Assembly (NCBI GenBank): GCA_012730105.1
Contig: JAAYBJ010000003.1
Span: forward strand, 98,859-162,858
From: Candidatus Hydrogenedentota bacterium
GTDB taxonomy: Bacteria; Hydrogenedentota; Hydrogenedentia; Hydrogenedentales; CAITNO01
DNA: 64,000 bases
Reading direction: 5' to 3'
Numbering within the stretch: position 1 is the first letter of the stretch; every line of letters starts with the position of its first letter. The translations under genes and the position numbers were made by a program. The notes below the pieces were generated by a model. It did no database searches. It saw only the letters and a list, made by a program, of their open reading frames with translations, and was not told the origin of the DNA. Positions 1-10,309 of this stretch are shown in pieces.

Positions 1-45
1 AGCGAATTTCCAGTGTTATTCCATGTATTCCGTAGTCACGAATTC

Positions 46-2769
46 TTATTCAGACATGGGAACAACAAACTGGTAGTTTCCTGACGCCACATCACAGCGG
101 AACAGGCCGTTCTCACAGGCGGCATTGGAAATGCCGGGCTGTTCCACGACCGGGCCGCCGCCTTCCTGCACCGCGTCGAGCGCCGCGGCGGGCAGGATGA
201 CCCTAGCCGTGCTGTTGGGCGGCACTTCAAGGTCATAGGTAATTGTATTTCCCTCGCGTTTCCAGGCGCTGGAGATCCAACCGTATTCAGAAAGGTGTTT
301 TGCGGTCACATGTTTCAGGCCACTTTCCACGCCCGGCGCGGCGATGAAATGCTTCAAACCGGGGTGGGCATCATCGGCCTGAATACCGCCCAAGCCACGG
401 ATGAACCACATTCCGATAGAGATCATGGTGTTATGGATCTGTGAGTTGTCGCCGTCCCACTCTTCCAGAATGGTGGTGGCGCCGTTCTTCAGCATGTTGC
501 CGTAACTGGGAAAGGTCTCCTGGGTATGCATCAGGGTCAGGAGGTCGTTGCGCCGCTCGTCGATAAGTAGCCGCGCCATATAATAATTGCCGTGCATGCC
601 GGTGTTCAGGTGGCCCTTGCGGGTTTCCACGATATCCTTTTCGAGGGCGGCCAGCACCTGCGCACGGTGCGTGTCGGGCGTAACATTGAAAAGTAGCGGC
701 ATGGCAAGATAGGTCTGCTCGCCATTGGCATAGGTTGCGCCGTCCGGGTTCAGGAATTTTTCATGGAGCCGGGCGGCAAGCGCTTCGGCCTGAGCGGCGT
801 AACGCGCGGCATCGTCGGCCTTGCCAAGCACCGCGCCGATTTTGGACGCCAGTTGCAGGCAGTGAACCAGGTAACAGTTGTTGAAGAACAGGGTCGAATG
901 GTCATCCACGCGGTCCTTGCCTTGTTTGCGTCCCGGCGGCACCCAGTCGCCCAGGAAACTCCATTCCATGTTGCAGCCGATGCCGGAATAGGGCTGCAGG
1001 ATGCCGTCACCCATCTTGGTTTCAATAAAGGCAAGCCAGTTCTGCATCACGGGCCATCCCTGCTCCAGCACCGCCTTGTCACCGTAATAGGTATAGACCA
1101 TCCAGGGCATGGTAATGGCAAAACCGCTCCAGACCGGTCCGCCTCCCGCCTGCTGTGAATTGGGCGCGGTGTGGGGCAGGTCTCCGTCTTCGGCCTGGGA
1201 CAGACGCCAGTCGGCGGCCCACTTGGCATAGAAGGGGCCGCTGCGGAAATTGAGCATGGCCGCTTCCATGGAGGTGCCCGAATCACCGCCGTAGCCGAGG
1301 CGTTCCCGGTGCGGGCAGTCCACGGTGTAGCCGCCCAGGCTCAGGCAGCGGTGCGTCCAGACAACCATGTTGTAAATATCGTTCAGTAGCGAATGGTCAC
1401 AGGAAAATTCCGCCGCGCGGTTATAATCGGTACTGACGAGATTGCCCTTGATTTCATCCAGTTTGGGCGCACGCGGCATGCCGTTGACGATAGCATAGCG
1501 GAAAGCGTGGTAGTTGAAACGATTGCGGAAAGACTCGCCGCCGCCACCCCGGGCCACGTAGGTGTCGCGCTGGTTATAGGTCTGGAATTTACCGTCCGGG
1601 AAACGCTTGTCGGCATAGGCCAGGTCCACGCGCGCGCCCGCTTCAAGCTCGTCCGGCATGCGCAGTTCAAACCAGCCCGTGTAATTCCGTCCCATGTCCA
1701 CCAGGAATCCGTCCTCGAGGGGAGACACGGACACGGGCAAGACTTCATCAAGCAGGCAATTGCCCTCCATCATCTGCGCTTCAATCAGCGGCGTGGGCGG
1801 GTGATGTATCGTGGCGGGTTGCCACGCACTGTCATCAAAGCCCGCAGTGCTCCAGTCCCGGACTTCTTTGGCCGCTTCCACAAGTTCCCCGCCGTAGTCG
1901 CCGCTCGATCCTTTGCCCAGAGGGGTGATATGGCTGGGATGGGCCTTCCAGGTGGCGTCTGTAGGTATCATCAAGGTGGCGCCGTCTGCATAGGTAATCT
2001 TCACCTGCGCCTTCACGACCGGGCCTTGTTTGCTGGCCGGTTCCAAGATTGCAGTGGACCAGCCCCGGCCGAGCCACAGGCCGATACAATTTTCACCCGC
2101 CTTGAGGTACTCGCTCAGATCCAGGGTAGTATACAGCCCCCGCTTCGCGTAGTCGGAAACAGCGGGAACCAGCACCTCGTCGCCGGCCTTTCTGCCGTTT
2201 ACATAGAGTTCATAATAGCCCAGCACGCAGATATGCGCCTCGGCCCGTGCAGGTTGCTCAGACAGCGTGACCATCTTATGCAACAGGGGCAGTGGGCCTT
2301 CGTTGTTTTCCATCCAGTCGCAGCCGATCCATTCGCCTTTCCAATCCGCCATGGTTATCGGACCAACGGTAAAATAGGCCTGCTCGCTCCAGGCGGATTC
2401 CTTGCCGTCCTGGTCCCATGTGCGCACTTTCCAGTAGCACCGGGCACCCGAAACAAGCGGTTCTCCTCCATAGGGCACGAAAGAGGACTGGTCCGACACC
2501 ACCTTTCCGGAATCCCAGAGCACCTTTTCTTCCCCGGGCGCCACCTTCGGATCATCCGCAGTGACAATCACCTGGTAAGCGGACTGGGCCAGTCCGCGCG
2601 GACCGGGTGTGAGCATCCAAGACAGGCGCGGCTGCGGCCGGTCGATCCCCAATGGATTATACAGATTCTCACAGCGCAGATGGGTCACGCCGGGCTGCGC
2701 GACGGCGCCCTGTACGACGATCATTACCGCTGCAATAGCCATAGTAACGACTCCCTGTATTCTGGACAT
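46..2769 (-). CDS. Secreted alpha-L-rhamnosidase (GH78)
   Basis: LRCENLYNPLGID-P-PRLSW N-terminus, DCPHRERLGYGGD motif, LGDW motif, signal peptide; start moved to ATG 2769 behind an AAGGAG RBS. Confidence 0.9.
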   Translation of the reverse strand: MSRIQGVVTMAIAAVMIVVQGAVAQPGVTHLRCENLYNPLGIDRPQPRLSWMLTPGPRGLAQSAYQVIVTADDPKVAPGEEKVLWDSGKVVSDQSSFVPYGGEPLVSGARCYWKVRTWDQDGKESAWSEQAYFTVGPITMADWKGEWIGCDWMENNEGPLPLLHKMVTLSEQPARAEAHICVLGYYELYVNGRKAGDEVLVPAVSDYAKRGLYTTLDLSEYLKAGENCIGLWLGRGWSTAILEPASKQGPVVKAQVKITYADGATLMIPTDATWKAHPSHITPLGKGSSGDYGGELVEAAKEVRDWSTAGFDDSAWQPATIHHPPTPLIEAQMMEGNCLLDEVLPVSVSPLEDGFLVDMGRNYTGWFELRMPDELEAGARVDLAYADKRFPDGKFQTYNQRDTYVARGGGGESFRNRFNYHAFRYAIVNGMPRAPKLDEIKGNLVSTDYNRAAEFSCDHSLLNDIYNMVVWTHRCLSLGGYTVDCPHRERLGYGGDSGTSMEAAMLNFRSGPFYAKWAADWRLSQAEDGDLPHTAPNSQQAGGGPVWSGFAITMPWMVYTYYGDKAVLEQGWPVMQNWLAFIETKMGDGILQPYSGIGCNMEWSFLGDWVPPGRKQGKDRVDDHSTLFFNNCYLVHCLQLASKIGAVLGKADDAARYAAQAEALAARLHEKFLNPDGATYANGEQTYLAMPLLFNVTPDTHRAQVLAALEKDIVETRKGHLNTGMHGNYYMARLLIDERRNDLLTLMHTQETFPSYGNMLKNGATTILEEWDGDNSQIHNTMISIGMWFIRGLGGIQADDAHPGLKHFIAAPGVESGLKHVTAKHLSEYGWISSAWKREGNTITYDLEVPPNSTARVILPAAALDAVQEGGGPVVEQPGISNAACENGLFRCDVASGNYQFVVPMSE

Positions 2770-2823
2770 GCCCTGAGACTCCTTTAGGTTGCGGTTGCCG
2801 GTGAAACACCTTGGATTACGATT

Positions 2824-2852
2824 ATTGTATGCCTGGGTGGTGGTATTATCAA
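2824..2852 (-). promoter_or_regulatory. Sigma70-type promoter for the GH78 gene
   Basis: TTGATA-N17-TACAAT on the minus strand, about 55 nt upstream of the ATG. Confidence 0.6.
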
Positions 2853-2993
2853 GGGGAAAAAATAGAACGCCGTTGCGCCGACTGTGAAAAAACAGGCAAA
2901 ACCACCCCTTCCGAAACACGATAGCGATACCGATAGCGAACAGGACGAGTGGCACAGGACAGGAATATCCATTACCCGTATTCCAGCAAACGG

Positions 2994-3398
2994 TTACTTT
3001 GATTCGGAGGGATCCTGCGCTTCTTGGATATCATCTCCAGCAGCACTGCCAGAAGTCAGTTCCTCCGGAGGTCTTAACAATGGATCCGTCCGCAGTACCC
3101 TAATGGCAGTAAACCATACCCACACGCCAAAGGTAATGGCGAAGCAGAGGCCGAAATGCATGCCCACGGCGCTCAAGTGGCCTCTCCAGCCTGGCGCCAG
3201 CCGAACCACGGTCCACCAGGACTGATATGCCCGGAAGGTGTTTGTCGCCTGCTGCATCAGGTTGCCGTCGGCGTCCCGCATTTCCACGGTCTGCGACAAC
3301 AGGGGCACCCAGCAGGTGATAAGCAGAATCACCAGCAGGTTCAGGATAAACTGCCAGGAGAGGAGCACCCTGGCAGCGGTCTTCAGTAGTGTTTTCAT
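2994..3398 (-). CDS. Small hypothetical membrane protein (two TM segments)
   Basis: MKTLLK start just downstream of the ilvE stop; two hydrophobic stretches. Confidence 0.65.
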   Translation of the reverse strand: MKTLLKTAARVLLSWQFILNLLVILLITCWVPLLSQTVEMRDADGNLMQQATNTFRAYQSWWTVVRLAPGWRGHLSAVGMHFGLCFAITFGVWVWFTAIRVLRTDPLLRPPEELTSGSAAGDDIQEAQDPSESK

Positions 3399-3414
3399 AG
3401 GCGCCGCCCCGTTT

Positions 3415-4344
3415 TCAATACACCTTGGTGCACCAATGGCGATATTCGGGCACCTTGCCCTGGACCACGTTGAAATACAATTCCTGCAGTTGCAGGGTAA
3501 TGGGTCCGGGCTTGCCAGCGCCAATGACCCGCCGGTCCACGGACCGGACCGGGGCGACCTGCGCGCCGGTACCGCTAAAGAACAACTCATCGCACACATA
3601 AAGTTCCGTGCGGGCGATGTCCCTCTCCACCACTTCGAGGTGCAGCACGTCACGGGCCAGTTCCAAAACAGTATTCCGGGTAATGCCAACCAGGATGTCG
3701 GCATTGACGGGCGTAGTGATCAGTTTGCCCTGGTGGACCATGAACAGGTTCATGGCGCTGCCCTCGGCAACGGTGCCGTTCTCGCGCAGGAAGATGGCCT
3801 CGTGGAACCCGGACATTTTGGCCTCGGATGCGGCCAGGGACGAGTTGACATAACTGCCGGTAGACTTCAGCCGGGTCGGGATGGCGTTGTCGGAAAGGCG
3901 CCGCCACGAAGAAACGGCCACGTCGAGGCCGGCTGTAATGTCGCAATAATCGCCCAGTTTGATTACATAGCAACACAGGCTGGAGGCGACATCCTTCACG
4001 GTCGGCCCGAGGGAAAGCTCACTTTTATAGATGATCGGCCGGACGTATACGCCCTCCTTGAAACCGCTCTTGCGTATCAGCTCAACGCAGATATTTTCAA
4101 CCGCCGCCGCGTCTTCGGGGATATCCATACACAACACCTTGGCATTGCGCATCATCCGGTCCACGTGTTCCGGCAGCCGGAAGACCAGGACATTGTCTTC
4201 CTCCTTAGTGTAGTAGCCGCGAATGCCTTCAAAAAGGCCTGTGCCGTAGTTGAAGGCATGGGTCATGACGCTGACCTTCGCCTGTTCGACAGGCACGTAA
4301 TTTCCTTCAAAATAAGCGATGGGGGCCGGATGCATGGTAGCCAT
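3415..4344 (-). CDS. ilvE: Branched-chain amino acid aminotransferase
   Basis: THAFNYGTGLFEG, RLKSTGSYVNS (PLP lysine), EGSAMN, ILVGITR, DELFFSGTGAQV; GGAGA RBS. Confidence 0.93.
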   Translation of the reverse strand: MATMHPAPIAYFEGNYVPVEQAKVSVMTHAFNYGTGLFEGIRGYYTKEEDNVLVFRLPEHVDRMMRNAKVLCMDIPEDAAAVENICVELIRKSGFKEGVYVRPIIYKSELSLGPTVKDVASSLCCYVIKLGDYCDITAGLDVAVSSWRRLSDNAIPTRLKSTGSYVNSSLAASEAKMSGFHEAIFLRENGTVAEGSAMNLFMVHQGKLITTPVNADILVGITRNTVLELARDVLHLEVVERDIARTELYVCDELFFSGTGAQVAPVRSVDRRVIGAGKPGPITLQLQELYFNVVQGKVPEYRHWCTKVY

Positions 4345-4637
4345 AGATATATCTCCATTCAATTACCGGGGATGCGGAGTTATTTAAAGAAGACCTTGCG
4401 GATACGCAGAGCCATTACTAGTTAGTATCGCCCTTTTTACCGCCCCAATGCAAACCAGCACATTCCGACACATTTCAGAAAACAATCAATCCGAGGCTTT
4501 CCCCCGGAAAATTATGCATCCTCCCCTGACAAGCGGTACAATATTCTCCCTGTCATAAAAATGGCAGGTAAAATGCGTTAAGAAGGGTGTATTGTATAAC
4601 GTAGGATGAAATTTTTTTATTGCAGTGGAGAGCGCCC

Positions 4638-5024
4638 ATGAAGTCTAACAGCGGTTTCACATTGATAGAACTGATCCTGGTAACCGTGATTATCGGCATT
4701 CTGGCCGGCATGATTACCGCGAATTACAGCGGACGTGTCCGGGAGACGCAAATCCGTGCGGCCAAAGGGGATATTGCCACCTTGAGCACACAGGTTGACC
4801 TGTATGCCCTTGACAACAATGACAGTTATCCCAAAGCATTGGATGATCTTATGACTGGAAAACGGCGTTACATACGCGAGTTACGCCCGGACCCCTGGGG
4901 CAACCAGTACCTGTACAAGCCTCCCACGGATGTCCTGCTGGCCGATTATCAGATTTACTCGGCGGGACCGGACGGCATTCCGGACAATGAAGACGATGTG
5001 ACCTCTTCATCCCCCATGCCTTAA
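4638..5024 (+). CDS. gspG: T2SS major pseudopilin
   Basis: GFTLIEL cleavage/methylation site, DPWGN.Y.Y, C-terminal SAGPDG...EDD calcium-site motif. Confidence 0.9.
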   Translation: MKSNSGFTLIELILVTVIIGILAGMITANYSGRVRETQIRAAKGDIATLSTQVDLYALDNNDSYPKALDDLMTGKRRYIRELRPDPWGNQYLYKPPTDVLLADYQIYSAGPDGIPDNEDDVTSSSPMP

Positions 5025-5070
5025 TGCGGATTTTGTCGGACTCCTGTCCCGAACGCCGGAAGGCTCTATC

Positions 5071-5598
5071 GTGAAAGATGTTCCGCGCCACAGTTCAGGC
5101 GGCCGCTCCGCTTTTACACTCCTGGAGCTGCTGGTCGTCATCATCATCATCGCCGCCCTCTCCATGTCCATTGTGCCCGTCTATATTTTCTCCATGAATG
5201 GCATCGAAATGCGCAACGCCCGCAATGATCTGCTCGCCGCCATCCGGTACGCCCAGGAAATGGCGGTCCGGGAATCGCGGGAATACCGTATTATCTTTGA
5301 TCTGGACGAAAACCGGTACTACCTGGAGCGTCTGGCCGGCCTGGACAAGGAAGAAAAGGTGTTTGAGCCCGCGGAATCCCTTCTGGGCGAAGAGCAGCGC
5401 CTTCCGGAATTCTTGACCCTCACCAAGATGAAAGGAAGGCAAAACAAGCAGACCCGTAACTACTATATCCGCTGCCTACCCAACGGTACGAGCGACAAAG
5501 CGACCATTGAACTGCGTGACACGCGCGCGCGCAACATTCGTTACATACTCGAGATATCCGGTCCGCTGGGGCAGGTATCCATGGAGGAGCGCCGTTAA
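5071..5598 (+). CDS. gspH: Minor pseudopilin, GspH/FimT-like
   Basis: AFTLLEL prepilin motif, AIRYAQEMAV helix, position after gspG. Confidence 0.75.
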   Translation: MKDVPRHSSGGRSAFTLLELLVVIIIIAALSMSIVPVYIFSMNGIEMRNARNDLLAAIRYAQEMAVRESREYRIIFDLDENRYYLERLAGLDKEEKVFEPAESLLGEEQRLPEFLTLTKMKGRQNKQTRNYYIRCLPNGTSDKATIELRDTRARNIRYILEISGPLGQVSMEERR

Positions 5599-6056
5599 TG
5601 CGGACAGGACGGTCGGGTTATATTTTCGTGGAGACCGTGGTCGCCATGGCTGTGCTTAGCGCAAGTGCAATCGTCATCCAGAGCGCGCTTCGCCAGGGAA
5701 TGCTTACCCACCGCCAGGCCCAGGACTATACCATCGCCCGTTTCCTGGTTCAGCAGGTGGCCGGAGAACAGGCCCTTTTATTCCAGCAACCAGAAGGCTC
5801 CGGCTCGGGACAGTTCGACCCGCCCTATGAGGACTATCGTTACGAGTGGGAACTGGAGAAAGTGGACATTCCCCTCCCCGAAGGCGTCGAGTCCCTGCCC
5901 CCCCCGTTGCGCCAGGAATTCGAGGATCGCTTTGTCGATTATATGGGCAAGCTGACCGTGCGCATCACCTGGCAGCGGGGAGGCATGGAGATGGAAGCCC
6001 TGGGTGAAACCCTGCTGCGCCCCGACTTGCTCTGGCTGCCCAAGGAGGAGCGATGA
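5598..6056 (+). CDS. gspI: Minor pseudopilin, GspI-like
   Basis: GYIFVE prepilin motif, G.F...Y.WE and V.ITW motifs; translationally coupled. Confidence 0.7.
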   Translation: MRTGRSGYIFVETVVAMAVLSASAIVIQSALRQGMLTHRQAQDYTIARFLVQQVAGEQALLFQQPEGSGSGQFDPPYEDYRYEWELEKVDIPLPEGVESLPPPLRQEFEDRFVDYMGKLTVRITWQRGGMEMEALGETLLRPDLLWLPKEER

Positions 6057-6823
6057 AGGTATACCTGCGGCACAGGCACCATCATGCGGCACCCCCCGCT
6101 TTCCGCGCTGGATTCACCCTGATCGAGCTACTCGTGGCAACCACCCTGCTTAGTATTGTCATGTCCGCCGTCTATACGCTGACCCACGCTTCCCTGCGCA
6201 GTTGGAGTTACGCGGAAAGCGGATTTGACCCCTACCGGGAAGCGCGCAGCGCGTTTACCCTGTTTTCCCACGAATACAACAATATGGCGGGACGTGCCGG
6301 CCACCTTTTTGAAGGAGACGACCGCCAGATCACCATGTTTGTGATTGCCCAGCCCATGGATCTTGACGAGGGCGAAGGTCGTCGGCTGATGCGCGTCATC
6401 TACAGGTACAACCGCAACAAGCGCACCCTGGAACGGGAAGAAGCCCTGGTGGAGACCGCCTTGCCCAAGCAACCGCCGGACCCGAAAGAATTCGACCGTT
6501 CCCGGGTCAAGGTGGCGCGGGAATACAAAACCACCGTGGCGGAAAACGTCACCGACTTAAAAATCACTTATATCTGGGTGCCCGCCCCCGATGACATCAG
6601 CGATCCGAATGATGAGGAGCCTCCCGTTCCGGTGCCCGCCGTTTACATGGAGAGACACGACCCGCTTTGGGGGCTTCCGCAAGGCGTCCAGCTTGCCATT
6701 ACGCTCAGAGATCCTGATGATGACGAAAAAGAATATACCCTGGAGGCCACGTTTCCCTCGCGCGCCAACGCATTCCGCATGCCCCGAGAATCCCTGGAGA
6801 AAATGATCTTTGACGAAGAATAA
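6053..6823 (+). CDS. gspJ: Minor pseudopilin, GspJ-like
   Basis: GFTLIEL motif, LPQGVQLAI near the C-terminus, ATGA overlap. Confidence 0.75.
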   Translation: MKVYLRHRHHHAAPPAFRAGFTLIELLVATTLLSIVMSAVYTLTHASLRSWSYAESGFDPYREARSAFTLFSHEYNNMAGRAGHLFEGDDRQITMFVIAQPMDLDEGEGRRLMRVIYRYNRNKRTLEREEALVETALPKQPPDPKEFDRSRVKVAREYKTTVAENVTDLKITYIWVPAPDDISDPNDEEPPVPVPAVYMERHDPLWGLPQGVQLAITLRDPDDDEKEYTLEATFPSRANAFRMPRESLEKMIFDEE

Positions 6824-7751
6824 CCGGAAAAAAGGATTTGTGCTGATCAGTGTCCTCTGGATCACCGCCATGCTGACAGTGATCACGCTCGGCTTTGGCC
6901 GACGGGCCGCCCTGGACCGCCGCGCGGCCGCCTATGCCCTTGACCAGGAAGAAGCGATGATGATGGCGCGGGGGGCGGTGGACCGCGGTATTGTGGAAAT
7001 GTACAATCGCGGACTTATGTTTATGCTGCTGCCGCCGGAACTTCAAGGCGGCACCCACATGGCCGAGTCCTGGGCACATCCCAAAAACCTATTTGAAGAA
7101 GGGTATTTTGAAGAAAGTGAACAATACGAAAATGACGAAGTCATTTATGTTATCACGGACGAAGAGCGTTACATAAACATCAACACCTCCCCGCGGGAAA
7201 TCCTGGAAGAAATAGAGTCCATGAGCCGTACGATCGTGCGCCGCATAATGACTCAAAGAGAAACAAATGACAAAGAAGGCTTAATGCGTTTCCAAGCCAT
7301 CGAAGAAATTCGCTACCTGCGCGGTGTGGACGATGATGACTGGTTTGGTGAACGGGACAAAGCCGGGCTGAAAAATCTGCTGACCGTGTGGGGCGACGGG
7401 AAGATCAATATCAACACCGCCTCCGAAGACGTGCTGTCGTGCATTCCCAAGGTTAAAAAGCGTGATATCGCGGCCATCCTCGAATACCGCAACGGCCCGG
7501 ACGGCGTTTCCTATACCTCGGACGATCTCGGCTTCATGAATATGGAGGATCTGGCGGAGAAAACAGGTGTAACCGTTGACCCCACAGGACCGTTAAATAC
7601 ATATTGCACTTGTACCTCGATATTTTTTAGGATTACAGGGGTAGCCACCCGGCGACAGGGCCGGATTCGCGCCGTATGTTCGGCCGTGGTCAGTCTGAGT
7701 GAGAGTGCGGCACCCATTCTCGATTGGCAGGAGAAAACGCTTGGCTCGTAA
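6810..7751 (+). CDS. gspK: Tip pseudopilin GspK
   Basis: GFVLISVLW (no Glu5, as in GspK), two ININT motifs, helix-hairpin-helix-like region. Confidence 0.85.
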   Translation: MTKNNRKKGFVLISVLWITAMLTVITLGFGRRAALDRRAAAYALDQEEAMMMARGAVDRGIVEMYNRGLMFMLLPPELQGGTHMAESWAHPKNLFEEGYFEESEQYENDEVIYVITDEERYININTSPREILEEIESMSRTIVRRIMTQRETNDKEGLMRFQAIEEIRYLRGVDDDDWFGERDKAGLKNLLTVWGDGKININTASEDVLSCIPKVKKRDIAAILEYRNGPDGVSYTSDDLGFMNMEDLAEKTGVTVDPTGPLNTYCTCTSIFFRITGVATRRQGRIRAVCSAVVSLSESAAPILDWQEKTLGS

Positions 7752-9237
7752 ATCAGGTTACATAAGCATTTATCAATTGGATTCGAAGGCCATTTCCGTA
7801 TTGCGCTGCAAACTTGCGGGGAGCAAACCGGTTGAAACCGCCTGGTTGCGCCGCGCAGGGGAATGGAACGATACGGAGGCCCTTTCCGGGGCGTTGCGCG
7901 ACTTCGTTTCGGAACACGGACTCAAGGAAGACCAGTGCTACGTGATCCTTCCGCGCTATGACGTGACCATCCGTTTCATCACGCTGCCCTCGCATGATAT
8001 GGCCGAAATCGCGGGCATGGTGCGTTTCAGTGCGGAAGAGTATGTGCCCTACGCCTTGGACGAGCTTATCATAGACCAGTGCGTTCTAAATCCCCTTGAA
8101 AGCGGGGAATCCCATGTGCTTGCCGCGCTCGCCCATCATGAGGTTGTCGAACGCACTATCGCGCTGCTCGCGAACGCAGGACTTTCCCCCGAAAAGGTGT
8201 TTCTCAGCACCGCGTGCATGACCGGGGTCGCAGGCGTATGCCCGAGTGAGGGACGCTTCGCACTGGTGAATCTCAGCCCCGGCGGGATTGAAATTACGGT
8301 GTTTGATCAGAAAATCCCGGTTTTCAGCCGCGGCATCGTTTCCGTTCAGGACTGGGAGGCGCTGGCCGAAAACCCGAACATCTCGGGCGGAACCAGCGTT
8401 CTGGATACGGACAGCACGGAAGAACTCGCCTCCGAACTTCGAGGCTCGCTGTCGGCCTTCCGCCGGGAATCGCCGGACGGCCTGGGTGCGGACGATATTT
8501 ACATTTCCTGCGCCTACGCCAATGTCGAGAAACTATGCGCATCCCTCTCGGAACGAACGGGCAAGAACTGCCTGCCCGCCTCCTTCGCCCTGACGCTACT
8601 GGACGGGTCTGAGACATCGGCTCTGCCCGGGATACCGCTGGAATTTGTCGGCGCCCTGCGTGAAATCGCCGGGGCCGTTCCCGCCTCATTGAACCTGCTC
8701 CCCGTGAGCGAAACCAAGGCCCGGCGTGTCAAGGGCGCCCAGCGCCTTGCGGTGCGCACCGCCGTCTTCGCCCTGTTGATCCTTCTGGCACTTGCGGGCC
8801 TTTATTTTCAATCGCTGTATCAACGCCGCCAACTGATCCGGGAACTGGAGGAACGCATCAGCACAATTGAACCGAATGCCCGCGGCATTGCCGAGAAACG
8901 GGAGGCGCTTAACATTCTTCGCCGGCAGGTGGACCGGAAAGGCTCCATTATCGAGCAAATCGCCCGTATCGTGGAGGCGACCCCGGACGACCGGGTCAAC
9001 TTCAACCGGCTCAGCCTGCACCGCAGTGAAGGGATCACGCTTTGGGGCCGCGCCAAGTCCGTCACCGATGTGGCCCAATTCACCCAGAACATACGCAGTT
9101 CCGCCGAAAGTTACCTGGAGTTTTTCGCGCGCGCGCGCAGTTTGTACGAACAGCAGACCCTGGAACAGGATACCCAGGTGTTTGCCTACCAAATCGAAGT
9201 TTCCGCACTGGAGGAGGAAGAAGAAAATGGCCTCTAG
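7741..9237 (+). CDS. GspL-like PilM/PilN fusion (actin-like cytoplasmic domain, TM, periplasmic domain)
   Basis: RFITLP...EEYVPY, LNLLP before the TM, coiled coil, ITLWGRA; TTG start with GGAG RBS. Confidence 0.75.
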   Translation: MARKSGYISIYQLDSKAISVLRCKLAGSKPVETAWLRRAGEWNDTEALSGALRDFVSEHGLKEDQCYVILPRYDVTIRFITLPSHDMAEIAGMVRFSAEEYVPYALDELIIDQCVLNPLESGESHVLAALAHHEVVERTIALLANAGLSPEKVFLSTACMTGVAGVCPSEGRFALVNLSPGGIEITVFDQKIPVFSRGIVSVQDWEALAENPNISGGTSVLDTDSTEELASELRGSLSAFRRESPDGLGADDIYISCAYANVEKLCASLSERTGKNCLPASFALTLLDGSETSALPGIPLEFVGALREIAGAVPASLNLLPVSETKARRVKGAQRLAVRTAVFALLILLALAGLYFQSLYQRRQLIRELEERISTIEPNARGIAEKREALNILRRQVDRKGSIIEQIARIVEATPDDRVNFNRLSLHRSEGITLWGRAKSVTDVAQFTQNIRSSAESYLEFFARARSLYEQQTLEQDTQVFAYQIEVSALEEEEENGL

Positions 9238-10309
9238 TCTCATCCGGAAACTTTTGGCGGCCTGGGAAAAAATCTCGCCCCGTGAAAAACGCCTTGCCAA
9301 GCTTACCTTTGCGGTCATTGTCATTATGTCGGCGTTCACCCTGTATCAGCGCGCCATGACACGCCTGGATGACCTTGACCTGACTATCGCGCGTCTTGAA
9401 GACGATCTGGTGTCCTACACCTACCAGATCGCCCACCGGGAACTGGTGGAATCACAATACGCAGAAATTGCGTCGCAGCATTCCAGTGAATGGAGCGAGG
9501 CCGAAATTCATGACCGCCTTCGCCAGGAGATCTACCGCCTGGCCAGCCGAACCCCGGCGCCGCTGGATGAAAACGGCATCCCCGTTCCAAGCCCGAACGA
9601 TCAAGGCAATCTTGTGGAAGGCATCTCCCTCGGCAAAGGCAACATGGCGGAAGGTGGCCGCGGCTACCGTGAATACCGCATTAACGTGCGGATTCCCGCC
9701 TCTCCACTGGAAAACCTTATCCTGTACCTTGAGAACCTTCAGGACAGTCCCCAATCCCTGCGTATTGATGCGGCGGAGCTCAGCCGTTCGCCTGACAGCA
9801 ACCTGGTAAGCGCCAGTGTGGACATCACCCGAATTGTCGCCGATGGATCTACAGAAAAACCGGCCGGAGAGTCGGCGGAATCCGCGGCAACAGGATTGGG
9901 TCGCATCCGTCTGCAAGCCGACAACTGGAAGGTGCAGGGAGCCCGGGCGACAAACGCGGCGGCGGAGAGCGCCTATGGCGCCATAGAGCTGCAAGCGGAA
10001 GAGGACACGGCTGAAGTTTCGCTCGCGACCGAATTGCCGGGCAGTACGGTGTATGAAATGATTGTTGATATGGCGGCCGCCCAAGGCGAAGTCAGCCTGG
10101 GCATAGGCATGGAATCGGAAACGGAACCTTTCCCGGGAACGGAGCAGGTTAAAAACGACGGCCGCCTGTATCGGTACCAGATACAATTCACGCTGCCCGG
10201 CACAGCGGACAAGCCGGAACGCATCAAATGTCCTCTTATCCGGATGCAGGGAAAAGGCACCGCGGCACACCTGGCCAACCTGCTGATTCGAAAAGTGGCG
10301 GAGGTTTGA
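9227..10309 (+). CDS. GspM/PilO-like inner-membrane protein with an extra C-terminal beta domain
   Basis: WEKISPREKRL plus TM is the typical GspM N-terminus; YLENLQDSPQSLRI ferredoxin-like motif. Confidence 0.7.
   Translation: MASSLIRKLLAAWEKISPREKRLAKLTFAVIVIMSAFTLYQRAMTRLDDLDLTIARLEDDLVSYTYQIAHRELVESQYAEIASQHSSEWSEAEIHDRLRQEIYRLASRTPAPLDENGIPVPSPNDQGNLVEGISLGKGNMAEGGRGYREYRINVRIPASPLENLILYLENLQDSPQSLRIDAAELSRSPDSNLVSASVDITRIVADGSTEKPAGESAESAATGLGRIRLQADNWKVQGARATNAAAESAYGAIELQAEEDTAEVSLATELPGSTVYEMIVDMAAAQGEVSLGIGMESETEPFPGTEQVKNDGRLYRYQIQFTLPGTADKPERIKCPLIRMQGKGTAAHLANLLIRKVAEV

Noticed and set aside
1393-2787. 464-aa plus-strand ORF, and similar long antisense ORFs (25301-26623, 34191-35306, 49886-51325, 59078-60526, 61794-63071)
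   Set aside because: Shadow frames of well-supported genes in GC-rich DNA, with no motifs
8867-9226. N-terminal extensions given by the ORF track (also 10880, 14069, 25064, 39407, 46056, 50036)
   Set aside because: They overlap upstream genes or terminators; downstream starts match family N-termini and mostly have an RBS
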